Shown here piece by piece: positions 36,335-45,692 of a stretch of 64,000 nucleotides of DNA. The DNA comes from an uncultured Muribaculaceae bacterium (GTDB lineage Bacteria; Bacteroidota; Bacteroidia; Bacteroidales; Muribaculaceae), in the NCBI GenBank assembly GCA_910587475.1, contig CAJUMR010000008.1, forward strand, positions 16,947 to 80,946, given 5' to 3'. Each line of letters starts with the position of its first letter. Position 1 is the stretch's first letter. The notes under the pieces are model-generated. The model did not search any database and was not told the origin of the DNA. It saw nothing but the letters and a program-made list of their open reading frames with translations. Position numbers and translations under genes: made by a program.

Positions 36335-37879
36335 TTAACGGTTGTCGGGCTGCTGCATCACGGCTTTGATGGCGCGCCCGACGTTGTCGGCGACATCGTC
36401 GGCACACACGCCGTAGGATCCGTGCTGGCTTTCGGCGATCTGTCCTGCCACACCATGGACATATACGGCTGCGATCGATGCGATCTCAGGTTTCATGCCT
36501 TGGGCGATAAAGCCAGCCATGAGCCCTGTGAGCACATCTCCGGTGCCTGCGGTCGCGAGGGCCGGTGTGCCTGATGAGTTGTAGAAAACCTTGCCGTCAG
36601 GTCGGACTGTGGCGGTGTAGTAGCCTTTGAGTACGATTATAATCTTATAGGTCTTCGACACGTCGATGGCCTTGGCCAGTCGGGCGGATGATGATGGCTG
36701 AGGCCCGAAAATGCGGTCAAACTCCGAGGCGTGGGGAGTGATGACCGAGAGCACGGGCAGGAAGTCGAGCATCGAAGGCCTTATTGCGATGCAATTGAGC
36801 GCGTCGGCGTCGAGAATGACGGGGCGGTTGTTGGCCGCAGCGATTTTCAGAAAAGCCTCAAGAGAGCGTATGGTAGCGTCGGATGTGCCGATGCCCGGTC
36901 CGATAGCAACGGCCGAATAATTATGGGTCAGCTCGATGTTCTCGATTGCATACTCGCCGCTGTCGCACTGGAAGAGAGCCGACGGGACGGTAGATTGAAG
37001 GATGTTGAACCCGCAACGTGGTGCATGGCAAGTCACTTTGCCGCATCCCGAACGCGCGGCGGCTTTTGTGGCAAGCACGGCTGCCCCCATCATGCCGTAG
37101 GAACCGGCAAATATGATGGCGCTTCCGTAGTAGTTCTTCGACGAGTCGGAGGGGCGTGGGCGCAGACGTTTGCTTATGTTGGCGGCTTCGATCAGGAAGT
37201 GGGAGTTGCGTGTCTGGTGGATTGCCACGATACTCGGCTCAGGGCCGATGAGCTTCCATTGTCCGACGAGTTCGATGTTTTCGTTGATGAAGAACGACAG
37301 TTTTGGCAGCATTACCGACAAGGTTACGTCGGCGTGGATGATCTTGCTGTTGATGAGCCCCGACATGGGGTTGCCGGGTAGGCCCGACGGCGAGTCGATG
37401 GCAATGATCTTTGCTCCGGAGTCGTTGATGTTCCCGACGAGGATCTGATAGCCTCGCGACAGCGGTCCGTTGATGTCGCTGCCGAACAAACCGTCGACGA
37501 CGACCATGCCGGTGTCGAGCTCGGGCATCGAAAATCTCATGCCGGTAACCTCGGTGAGCACTTTTTCGCTCGAGCAGCCGATGAATTGTTGCCTGCATAG
37601 ATCGCATTCCGGCGTCAGCCTGTTGCCGCCGATGTTGAACAGAAAAGCGTAGGGAGTGTATCCTTTTTCAAAGAGTCTCACCCCTGCCGCGAGAGCATAC
37701 GCACCGCAGTCGTCGGGCCCGGCAAAGATTACTACAGGCGTAGAACGGTCGTGACCGGCTATGATTTCGTCGGCAATGTCATTGCCGATCATATCGATCA
37801 ACTGCTGTTTGCCTATGCCGAGTTCGGCGAGGGTCAATTGCTCTATTTTATGTATGTCGTCCTGCGAAAATAGTTTCAT
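36335..37879 (-). CDS. nnr: Bifunctional NAD(P)H-hydrate repair enzyme (YjeF-N plus carbohydrate-kinase domain)
   Basis: DGLFG, AIDSPSG, GPGIG, DADALN, TPHASEF and ATAGTGDVLTG motifs. Confidence 0.9.
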   Translation of the reverse strand: MKLFSQDDIHKIEQLTLAELGIGKQQLIDMIGNDIADEIIAGHDRSTPVVIFAGPDDCGAYALAAGVRLFEKGYTPYAFLFNIGGNRLTPECDLCRQQFIGCSSEKVLTEVTGMRFSMPELDTGMVVVDGLFGSDINGPLSRGYQILVGNINDSGAKIIAIDSPSGLPGNPMSGLINSKIIHADVTLSVMLPKLSFFINENIELVGQWKLIGPEPSIVAIHQTRNSHFLIEAANISKRLRPRPSDSSKNYYGSAIIFAGSYGMMGAAVLATKAAARSGCGKVTCHAPRCGFNILQSTVPSALFQCDSGEYAIENIELTHNYSAVAIGPGIGTSDATIRSLEAFLKIAAANNRPVILDADALNCIAIRPSMLDFLPVLSVITPHASEFDRIFGPQPSSSARLAKAIDVSKTYKIIIVLKGYYTATVRPDGKVFYNSSGTPALATAGTGDVLTGLMAGFIAQGMKPEIASIAAVYVHGVAGQIAESQHGSYGVCADDVADNVGRAIKAVMQQPDNR

Positions 37880-38132
37880 TATTTATGATAGTGATCATCG
37901 GCTCTATTTCCGGTTTATGGGGAAGGATCTGCGATAATCATTACAAAATTACAGAAAATATCGGTCTAATCAAATAACGCGAGTGGCGATTTGTCAGGCT
38001 GTTTGTCGCATGATCGAGATAATATGCAGATTATTAGCGGTGTAGTGAAGTGGTGGAAAAATAGTTATGTTTAAATAATGTTAAGGAGAGATTTTTTATC
38101 GGGAAAAATTATGCTGTACAACATAAAAATAC

Positions 38133-38140
38133 TAACTTTG
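38133..38140 (+). promoter_or_regulatory. Sigma-A -7 element (TAACTTTG) in the nnr-hisS intergenic region
   Basis: Exact match on the + strand although both flanking genes are on the - strand. Confidence 0.6.
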
Positions 38141-38145
38141 CATCA

Positions 38146-38209
38146 GTTTTTCATGGTATTAGATTTAAGGTAAGAAGATTATTCGTCGTGATGACGGATA
38201 ATTTTTTTT
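38146..38209 (+). ncRNA. Candidate small RNA (~65 nt)
   Basis: Promoter, U-rich body (ttttcatggtattagatttaaggt), hairpin attattcgtc-gtgat-gacggataat and a T8 tract; no ORF. Confidence 0.6.
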
Positions 38210-38226
38210 AATGCCTCAAACTAAGC

Positions 38227-38262
38227 AAAAGAGCTCGCCGGACATAGGTCAGGCGAGCTCTT
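38227..38262 (-). terminator. Intrinsic terminator of hisS
   Basis: aagagctcgcc...ggcgagctctt inverted repeat with an A-run on its left. Confidence 0.65.
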
Positions 38263-38315
38263 CGTTTAGGCGCGTATCCATCCATATCCGCGCCTTGTAG
38301 GTGTAAGGCTGTATG

Positions 38316-39677
38316 TTATTTCAGAATTTCGATCAGCTTGTCGACAGGCACCTGCTGCTGTTCGCCCGACGCAAGGTTTTTGATTGTGACAGAGTTGTCG
38401 GCCATTTCGCTTTCACCGATAATACCAACGAAAGGTATCTGCATGCTGTCGGCGTAGCCGATCTGTTTTTTCATTTTTGCAGCTTCGGGATAGATCTCAG
38501 CGGAAATTCCGGCCTGACGGAGAGTCTTGATCACTTTGAGCGATGCTTCAGCTTCTTTTGCTCCGAAGTTAGCGAAAATGATCTTTGCGGCGGCCTTGGT
38601 GTCGGCGGGGTAGAGGTTGAGGGTGTTGAGCACGTCGTAGATGCGGTCGGCGCCGAACGATATGCCGACACCCGATAGTCCGGGCATGCCGAATACACCG
38701 GTGAGATTGTCGTAGCGACCTCCGCCTGTGATGCTGCCGATCTCGACATCGAGAGCCTTCACTTCGATAATGGTGCCGGTGTAATAGTTGAGTCCTCGGG
38801 CGAGCGACACATCGAGATCGAGTTCGGCTCTCAATCCGAGAGCTACGGTTGTGTCAGCTACGAATTTCAGTTCTTCGACACCTTTCGAGCCAGTTTCGTT
38901 GCCTTCGAGAATGGCGCTCAGAGCATCGAGTCTCTCCTGCAGCGATCCGCTGATCGAGAGAATGGGGCGCAGTGCGTTGATAGCGTCTTCTGAAAGGCCT
39001 CGGTCGGCAAGCTCTTCGTTGACCTTGTCGAGACCGATTTTTTCGATTTTGTCAATAGCGACGGTTATATCAATCAGTTTGTCGGGGGCACCGATCACTT
39101 CGGCGATGCCTGCGAGAACTTTGCGGTTGTTGAGTTTGATGGCTATGCGAATGCCGAGACGGGCAAACACTTCGTCGATCATCTGGAGGAGTTCGACCTC
39201 GTTGTAGAGCGATTCGCTGCCGACAACGTCGGCGTCGCATTGATAGAATTCGCGGTAGCGGCCTTTCTGGGGACGGTCGGCTCTCCAGACGGGCTGGATC
39301 TGGAAACGCTTGAAAGGCATCTGCAGATCGTTGCGGTGCTGGACTACAAAGCGTGCGAACGGCACAGTCAGGTCGTAACGCAGACCTTTCTCGCAGATTT
39401 TAGCAGCGAGACGGGTTGTCTCGTTGTTGTCGATCAGCGCTTTGTCGACGCCGTTCAGGTAGTCGCCTGAATTGAGGATCTTAAACAGAAGTCTGTCACC
39501 TTCTTCGCCGTACTTGCCCATGAGAGTGGACAGGTTTTCCATCGCCGGTGTTTCGATCTGGCGGAAGCCGAACAGGTGGAATACGTTGCGGATGGTGTCG
39601 AATATATAGTTGCGTTTAGCCATTTCTTCGGCTGTGAAGTCGCGAGTGCCTTTGGGAATTGACGGTTTTTGTGCCAT
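38316..39677 (-). CDS. hisS: Histidine--tRNA ligase
   Basis: [38 protein letters not shown] and GGGRYD motifs; start MAQKPS. Confidence 0.97.
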   Translation of the reverse strand: MAQKPSIPKGTRDFTAEEMAKRNYIFDTIRNVFHLFGFRQIETPAMENLSTLMGKYGEEGDRLLFKILNSGDYLNGVDKALIDNNETTRLAAKICEKGLRYDLTVPFARFVVQHRNDLQMPFKRFQIQPVWRADRPQKGRYREFYQCDADVVGSESLYNEVELLQMIDEVFARLGIRIAIKLNNRKVLAGIAEVIGAPDKLIDITVAIDKIEKIGLDKVNEELADRGLSEDAINALRPILSISGSLQERLDALSAILEGNETGSKGVEELKFVADTTVALGLRAELDLDVSLARGLNYYTGTIIEVKALDVEIGSITGGGRYDNLTGVFGMPGLSGVGISFGADRIYDVLNTLNLYPADTKAAAKIIFANFGAKEAEASLKVIKTLRQAGISAEIYPEAAKMKKQIGYADSMQIPFVGIIGESEMADNSVTIKNLASGEQQQVPVDKLIEILK

Positions 39678-39733
39678 TTTACAATAGATTGATTTACTCG
39701 GCAAAATTACGTAAAAAATAGTAATTTTGCAGT

Positions 39734-40297
39734 ATGGAAACCTCAGAAACATCATTCAATGACATGCAAAGCGTGAAACGCAATTTTTTTGCGATGCGCA
39801 ACGGCGTGATCGCCGACACGTTGAGACGATCGGGCAGCCCGTTCCGGATCATTTTCGGACTGAATTTGCCCCAGCTAAGCGAGATCGCGTCGCGGACGCC
39901 TCATGACATGGATCTGGCCGAGCGGCTTTGGGCCAACACTACGACGCGCGAGAGCATGATGATGGCTCCGATGCTCATCGACCGCAGCGTGTTCACAGCC
40001 GACGATGCTCGGCGATGGATAGCGACGATACCGGCACGTGAGGTCGCAGACATTATTTGTCTGAAGCTGCTGCGCCACATGGACTATGCTGCCGAGCTTG
40101 CCGAAGAACTTGCAGAGTCACCGTCGGCAATGAGCCGTTACACCGGAGTGAGGCTGATGTTCAATCTTGTTGCCGCTGATCCTCGCCGTGCGATGGCTTA
40201 TGCCGGCCGCATGCTCGAAGTGGAGACTGATTCCGGCTGCCGGGCTGTGGCTCAGCAGTTGCGCGAGGAATGTGAGTTTCTGCTTGACGATAAATAA
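39734..40297 (+). CDS. DNA alkylation repair (AlkD-like HEAT-repeat) protein
   Basis: MRNGV...FGLNLPQL...LAERLW...RE pattern; all-helical. Confidence 0.7.
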   Translation: METSETSFNDMQSVKRNFFAMRNGVIADTLRRSGSPFRIIFGLNLPQLSEIASRTPHDMDLAERLWANTTTRESMMMAPMLIDRSVFTADDARRWIATIPAREVADIICLKLLRHMDYAAELAEELAESPSAMSRYTGVRLMFNLVAADPRRAMAYAGRMLEVETDSGCRAVAQQLREECEFLLDDK

Positions 40298-40306
40298 ATG
40301 TAAACG

Positions 40307-41230
40307 TCAGTCTTTTTTACGCCATGTCTGCGACAGTCTGTCGCCGACCCAGAGCCCTCCTAATATGAGTGTGCATCCGAAAATGCCGACGATCGAGATG
40401 CGCTCATGGATGGCTATAGCCGATATGATGAGGGTGAAGATCGACTGCAGGTACATGTAATTGTTGGCCTTGACGGCTCCTACCTGTTTGATGATCTTGG
40501 CCCATAGGTAGTAAGCGATCATCGATGCTCCGATGCCGAGGATCAGTATGTTGACGAGTACGGCACGGTTGGAAATCAACTCGACAGGATTGTTGAGCGG
40601 TTCGGCGAGGACGAACGGTATGGCTGTGATGATGCCGTAGAAGAAGGTCTTGCGTGTAATGAACCACAGATCATAGACTACATTGAGCTTGCGGAGCACC
40701 AGACTGTAGACCGACCATCCGAATGCAGCGAGAATAGAGAGAATGTCGCCGATCGGCCTTACCTGAAGGTTGAAACTGCTGTTGAAAATGACACATCCGA
40801 CGCCGAGAAAGGCAATGAACGACCCGACCAGCATGCCTTTCGACGGTCTTTCGCTCTTGTATATTATTCCGGCGAGCAACGACGTGATCAGCGGCGATGT
40901 CGAGGTGAGAAGTGAGACATTGGTGGTGAGGGTGTATTCGAGGGCGGTGTTTTCGGCGAGAAAGTAGATCGATCCGCCGGTGATGCCGCAGATTGCAAAG
41001 AGCATTTCGTCGCGCAAAGAGTTGGCCCATAGTTTGGAGTGACTCATAAATAGCACGAGGACATAGGCCAGGATGAAACGGTAGACATAGATCTCGGCCG
41101 GATTCATGTTGTTGTCGAGAAGCACTTTTGTGGATACAAACGACCCGCCCCATATTGCTACGGTTATTACTGCCCCTAAATGGCCGAGTATCATGGCCTT
41201 CCGGTTTCTTGCTGTTATTTCGTCAAGCAT
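40307..41230 (-). CDS. DMT/EamA family transporter
   Basis: 10 TM helices, IWGGSFVSTK and two EamA repeats. Confidence 0.9.
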   Translation of the reverse strand: MLDEITARNRKAMILGHLGAVITVAIWGGSFVSTKVLLDNNMNPAEIYVYRFILAYVLVLFMSHSKLWANSLRDEMLFAICGITGGSIYFLAENTALEYTLTTNVSLLTSTSPLITSLLAGIIYKSERPSKGMLVGSFIAFLGVGCVIFNSSFNLQVRPIGDILSILAAFGWSVYSLVLRKLNVVYDLWFITRKTFFYGIITAIPFVLAEPLNNPVELISNRAVLVNILILGIGASMIAYYLWAKIIKQVGAVKANNYMYLQSIFTLIISAIAIHERISIVGIFGCTLILGGLWVGDRLSQTWRKKD

Positions 41231-41378
41231 AAAGCTAATTTATACTTATAGATTTTTCCACAAATTTAGTTAATTTTTCCGTTTTACGGTAAACTTCGAG
41301 GGCATATAATTTGTAATTTTGTAAAGCGTCAGGCGAAACAAGCGCCTGCTATTATATAACGTTCAAAACATAGAACTC

Positions 41379-42083
41379 ATGAAAGTATTAAAAATTGCAG
41401 GGCTCGCTCTAATCAGCGCATCGTTGCTTATCGGCGAGACATCATGCTCATCAATGACAAATACAGGTAAGGGTGCATTAATCGGCGGCGGCGGTGGCGC
41501 TGCGGTCGGAGCCGGTCTCGGCGCATTGATCGGCGGCGGCAAGGGAGCCGGTATCGGCAGTGCGATCGGAGCGGCTGTCGGAGCAGGCGCAGGCGTACTT
41601 ATCGGAAAGAAGATGGATAAGCAGCAGAAAGAACTGCAGGAACAGCTTGCAAGTCAGGCTACTGTCGAGGAGACAACCGACCAGAACGGTCTCCGCGCTA
41701 TCAAGGTGACCTTTGACGGCGGTATATTGTTCCCGACCAACAAGTACACTCTCAATGCTCAGGCACAGGCCGATCTGTCGCGATTCGCGCAATCGCTGAT
41801 CCAGAACCCCGGAACAAATGTTCAGATCCTCGGCTTTACCGACAACACCGGAACATTTGCAGTCAACGAAAAGCTGTCGAACGAGCGTGCGGGATCAGTG
41901 TTGAGCTATCTGGTCAACTGCGGAGTTTCGCCGACACGTCTGACTTCACAAGGAATACCGATGGCTGACTATGTAGCGTCGAACGACACAGCAGCCGGAC
42001 GTGCACAGAACCGTCGTGTAGAGATTTATATCACCGCAGGTCAGGACATGATCAAGCAGGCCGAAGCCGGAACGCTTCAATAA
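41379..42083 (+). CDS. OmpA family lipoprotein with glycine zipper
   Basis: Lipobox TSC, glycine zipper, GFTDNTG...NEKLSNERA and NRRVEI motifs. Confidence 0.92.
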   Translation: MKVLKIAGLALISASLLIGETSCSSMTNTGKGALIGGGGGAAVGAGLGALIGGGKGAGIGSAIGAAVGAGAGVLIGKKMDKQQKELQEQLASQATVEETTDQNGLRAIKVTFDGGILFPTNKYTLNAQAQADLSRFAQSLIQNPGTNVQILGFTDNTGTFAVNEKLSNERAGSVLSYLVNCGVSPTRLTSQGIPMADYVASNDTAAGRAQNRRVEIYITAGQDMIKQAEAGTLQ

Positions 42084-42109
42084 ATAGTATAGCATAAAGA
42101 AAGGCAAAG

Positions 42110-42148
42110 TCGCGCCCGGCAGTCGTATAGTTGACTGGCCGGGCGCGA
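42110..42148 (+). terminator. Hairpin (probable terminator) after the OmpA gene
   Basis: tcgcgcccggc...gccgggcgcga inverted repeat; weak T-tract. Confidence 0.5.
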
Positions 42149-42247
42149 TGCTGTTTATCCGTCAGATGCATTTTGGGGGTGTATTCACATTTATTATTAA
42201 ACAAGTTTTTAGAATGGCGGCAATTATGACTAATTTTGCCGGCAAAT

Positions 42248-44275
42248 ATGGATCTACAACGTAAATTACATCATATGATAGCAATGGCCGCTGTCCTGAC
42301 GTTTAATGCAGCGGCGGCCGAAGAGCCCGCCGACACGACGATGGCCCTTGACGAGGTAGTCGTCAGGTCGGGCAGCGGAGTCCGTAAACTTAAAAGTGTG
42401 GCGACGTCGACCGACCTTATTTCGGCGTCGGAGCTGAAGAAGGCTGCCTGTTGCAATCTGGGCGAGAGTTTCACGACCAATCCGTCGGTAGATGTCAGCT
42501 ACAGCGACGCCGCCACCGGAGCACGCCAGATCAAGCTGCTCGGTCTGTCGGGTTCGTATGTGCAGATGTTGACAGAGAATGTGCCTAATTTCAGAGGTGC
42601 GGCTTCACCGTTCGGACTCGGATATGTCGCCGGACCATGGATGCAGTCGATCCAGGTGTCGAAAGGGGCAAGTTCGGTGAAGAACGGCTATGAGTCGATC
42701 AGCGGTCAGATCAATGTCGAGATGAAAAAACCTCAGCTCGATCCGTCGCTGTCGCTCAACGGCTATGTCGACCATCTTGGCAAAGTCGAACTCAATGCCG
42801 ACGGTAATCTGCATTTCGGCGATTCGTGGTCGGGCGCTCTGTTGCTGCACGGCGAAAACTCGTTCAAAAGTCATGATGAGAACGGCGACGGTTTTATTGA
42901 TATGCCTAAGATACGCCAGTTCTCGGCAATGAACCGGTGGGCTTATCTGGGGCAGAATTATGTGTTTCAGGCTGCTGTTAAATTCATCGGGGAAAACCGC
43001 CGCAGTGGTCAGGACGACCATCATGCGTCGCATAAGATAGCAAATCCTTACCGCATCGACATCGACACCCGCCGTGTCGAAGCATTTACGAAAAATGCTT
43101 ACATCTTTGATCATGAAAACGAGGGCAACGTTGCGCTGATACTTTCGACTTCATATCACGATCAGGATGCCGACTACGGTCACCGGTTCTATGATGTCAA
43201 GCAGAACGAGGTCTACGGTTCGCTGATGTTCGAGCGTAAATGGTCAGATCTTCACGCTCTTTCGACCGGATTGAGTTTCAATTATGACCGATTCGATCAG
43301 AATTGGCTCGCCGCTGACGGAGGAGATCCCGAGCATGCGGTCGAAAGCGAGACTGTCGGAGGGGCCTATGCCCAGTACACGTTCAATCTTGACTCAAAGC
43401 TGATAGCGATGGGCGGAGTGCGATATGACCATAGCTCGCTCTACGGCTCGATGTTCACGCCGAGAATTCACGTGCGCTATTCGCCCGACGACAGATGGAG
43501 TTTCAACGCTTCGGCAGGCCGCGGGTATCGTTCGCCTCATCCGATGGCCGAGTACAATTATCTGTTGGCATCGTCGCGGCGTCCGGTCATTGAAGGCAAA
43601 CTCCGGCAGGAGAGTGCATGGAATTTCGGTGCGGGAGCCAATTGGACGTCGTATGTCGCAGGCCGCAAGCTGTCGCTCGGAGCCGAGTATTTCTACACGG
43701 TCTTTGATCATCAGCTGTGTGTCAATCTCGACCGCGACCCCCATGCAGTGTATTTCTACGATCTCGACGGACGATCGCGCAGCCACACTCTGCAGATCGA
43801 ATCTTCATTTGAACCGATATCAGATCTGTCGGTCGGCCTGGCCTACAGGTTGACGGATGTACGCAGCGATTACGGCGGTGACGGTCGCATGAGGCTGAAA
43901 CCTCTGTCGTCGCGCAACAAGGGATTGCTGACCGTGAGCTATTCGCCGATGATGGGGCTTTGGCAGTTTGATGCGTCTCTGGCGATCAACGGCGGCGGAC
44001 GCATGCCCGATCCTTATATAATGTCAGACGGTTTGCCTTCATGGAAATCGACGTTCAAGGCTTACTGTACGCTCAACGCCCAGATCACCCGTAATTTCCG
44101 TCACTGGGCTGTCTATATCGGCGGTGAAAACCTCACCGGCTATACCCAGCCCAATCCGATCGTGGGCGCAAACGATCCATGGGGAGCCAATTTCGATGCT
44201 ACGATGATCTACGGTCCGCTTCATGGAGCTGTGGTATATGCGGGTTTCAGATACAATATTACAAAATACCTCTAA
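42248..44275 (+). CDS. TonB-dependent receptor (AACCNL-type plug, probable metal uptake)
   Basis: LDEVVV TonB box, AACCNLGESF plug, KGASSV...ISGQIN, beta-barrel ending YAGFRYN; exact start uncertain (42236-42275). Confidence 0.88.
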   Translation: MDLQRKLHHMIAMAAVLTFNAAAAEEPADTTMALDEVVVRSGSGVRKLKSVATSTDLISASELKKAACCNLGESFTTNPSVDVSYSDAATGARQIKLLGLSGSYVQMLTENVPNFRGAASPFGLGYVAGPWMQSIQVSKGASSVKNGYESISGQINVEMKKPQLDPSLSLNGYVDHLGKVELNADGNLHFGDSWSGALLLHGENSFKSHDENGDGFIDMPKIRQFSAMNRWAYLGQNYVFQAAVKFIGENRRSGQDDHHASHKIANPYRIDIDTRRVEAFTKNAYIFDHENEGNVALILSTSYHDQDADYGHRFYDVKQNEVYGSLMFERKWSDLHALSTGLSFNYDRFDQNWLAADGGDPEHAVESETVGGAYAQYTFNLDSKLIAMGGVRYDHSSLYGSMFTPRIHVRYSPDDRWSFNASAGRGYRSPHPMAEYNYLLASSRRPVIEGKLRQESAWNFGAGANWTSYVAGRKLSLGAEYFYTVFDHQLCVNLDRDPHAVYFYDLDGRSRSHTLQIESSFEPISDLSVGLAYRLTDVRSDYGGDGRMRLKPLSSRNKGLLTVSYSPMMGLWQFDASLAINGGGRMPDPYIMSDGLPSWKSTFKAYCTLNAQITRNFRHWAVYIGGENLTGYTQPNPIVGANDPWGANFDATMIYGPLHGAVVYAGFRYNITKYL

Positions 44276-44288
44276 ATATATCTTCAAT

Positions 44289-44594
44289 ATGAGAAAAGCA
44301 TTTTTCGCGTTAGTGTTGGGTCTCGCCGCTCTTTCGGCAACAGCGGCTCAACCGTCAGATACAACAGTGTGTTTCACCGTAGAACCGCCGATGACCTGTG
44401 CAAACTGTGTCAACAAGATCAAGTCGAATCTCCGTTTTGAAAAGGGAGTCAAGAAGATCGATGCTTCGGTGAAAGACGCTGTTGTGGAAGTGACTTTTGA
44501 TAAGAATAAGACTTCGCTGCAGAAGCTTGTGCCTGCATTCAAGAAGATCGGCTACAAGGCTACGCCGGTGGCGCTTCCCGAAAAGAAACATTAA
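44289..44594 (+). CDS. Exported heavy-metal-associated (HMA) domain protein
   Basis: Signal peptide, MTCANC metal-binding motif, IGY; start MRKAFF. Confidence 0.88.
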   Translation: MRKAFFALVLGLAALSATAAQPSDTTVCFTVEPPMTCANCVNKIKSNLRFEKGVKKIDASVKDAVVEVTFDKNKTSLQKLVPAFKKIGYKATPVALPEKKH

Positions 44595-44595
44595 C

Positions 44596-45687
44596 CTACA
44601 CGACAATGAGCTCGCGGAGTATCGCGTCGGAGCGGAACCATGCTTCCTCTGTGATGCGCAGTGCTCCGTCGGGCGTGAGAGTCATTGAGCGGTCGGCCAG
44701 AAATGGTGCGGCCGCTTTTTCTATATATTTCCTGCGGTCGGACGGCAGATCGGTCAGATGCAGACCTGCGGCTGTGCGCAGTGCTGTGATCAGCACATCG
44801 TTGAAACGTTGGTCTTCGTTTTCATTGTCGATGCAGAGTATGTCGTCTGAAGCAAGATATTTTTTCAGATCAGGAAGGTTGTAGCGTCTTGTTTTTCCGT
44901 CAAAACTGTGAGCTCCGGGTCCGAGGCCGAGATAGGGAGTGTCGGTCCAGTAGGCCGAATTGTGGCGGGAGTGCATGCCCGGCAACGCGAAATTGGAGAT
45001 CTCATAGTGTCGATAGCCTTCAGCAACTGTGAGTGAGCACAGAAGCATATACATTTCTTCGAGCACCCGGTCGTCGGTCGCCGTCAGCTTGCCCGCTTCA
45101 AGTCTGGAGTGGAGCACGGTGCCAGGTTCGTAGGTCAGGCAGTAGGCCGATATGTGGGGCAATCCTAAAGATAGCATCGTGAGCAGAGAGCTTTTCCATG
45201 ATGCAATGTCTTGTCCGGGCAGTCCGTAGATGAGATCTGCCGAAACGTTGGCAATGCCGTTGTCGATTATTGCGGCGATCGCGCGACGTGCTCCGTCGGA
45301 GTCGTGTCGTCGGCCTACAGCCTTGAGCTCGCGGTCGTCGAATGACTGAACACCGAGACTGACGCGGTTGACGCCCATGTCGCGCCAGAGTTTCACGACA
45401 TCAGGGGTGATGTCGTCGGGGTTTGCCTCGATAGTGAACTCCACGGCATCTCCGACAGGAAGTGACTCTATGATGCGTCTGAGTGTGTCGGGCGGAAGTA
45501 TCGACGGTGTGCCTCCGCCGATGTAGACGGTTTTAAAAGGCTCGGTTATCTCGTCGGCCCGTCGGGCATATTCAGCTGCAATGGCTTCGGGCAGAGAGTT
45601 GACGCTGCCGAGTGCCGGAGTGGAGAAAAAGTCGCAGTAGAGACATTTGCTGCGGCAGAAAGGTATGTGGATGTAAAGTCCGGCCAT
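44596..45687 (-). CDS. hemW: Radical SAM heme chaperone HemW (HemN-like)
   Basis: LYIHIPFCRSKCLYCDF, GGGTPS, EANP, HYEISNF and HNSAYW motifs. Confidence 0.9.
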   Translation of the reverse strand: MAGLYIHIPFCRSKCLYCDFFSTPALGSVNSLPEAIAAEYARRADEITEPFKTVYIGGGTPSILPPDTLRRIIESLPVGDAVEFTIEANPDDITPDVVKLWRDMGVNRVSLGVQSFDDRELKAVGRRHDSDGARRAIAAIIDNGIANVSADLIYGLPGQDIASWKSSLLTMLSLGLPHISAYCLTYEPGTVLHSRLEAGKLTATDDRVLEEMYMLLCSLTVAEGYRHYEISNFALPGMHSRHNSAYWTDTPYLGLGPGAHSFDGKTRRYNLPDLKKYLASDDILCIDNENEDQRFNDVLITALRTAAGLHLTDLPSDRRKYIEKAAAPFLADRSMTLTPDGALRITEEAWFRSDAILRELIVV

Positions 45688-45692
45688 CTGGA

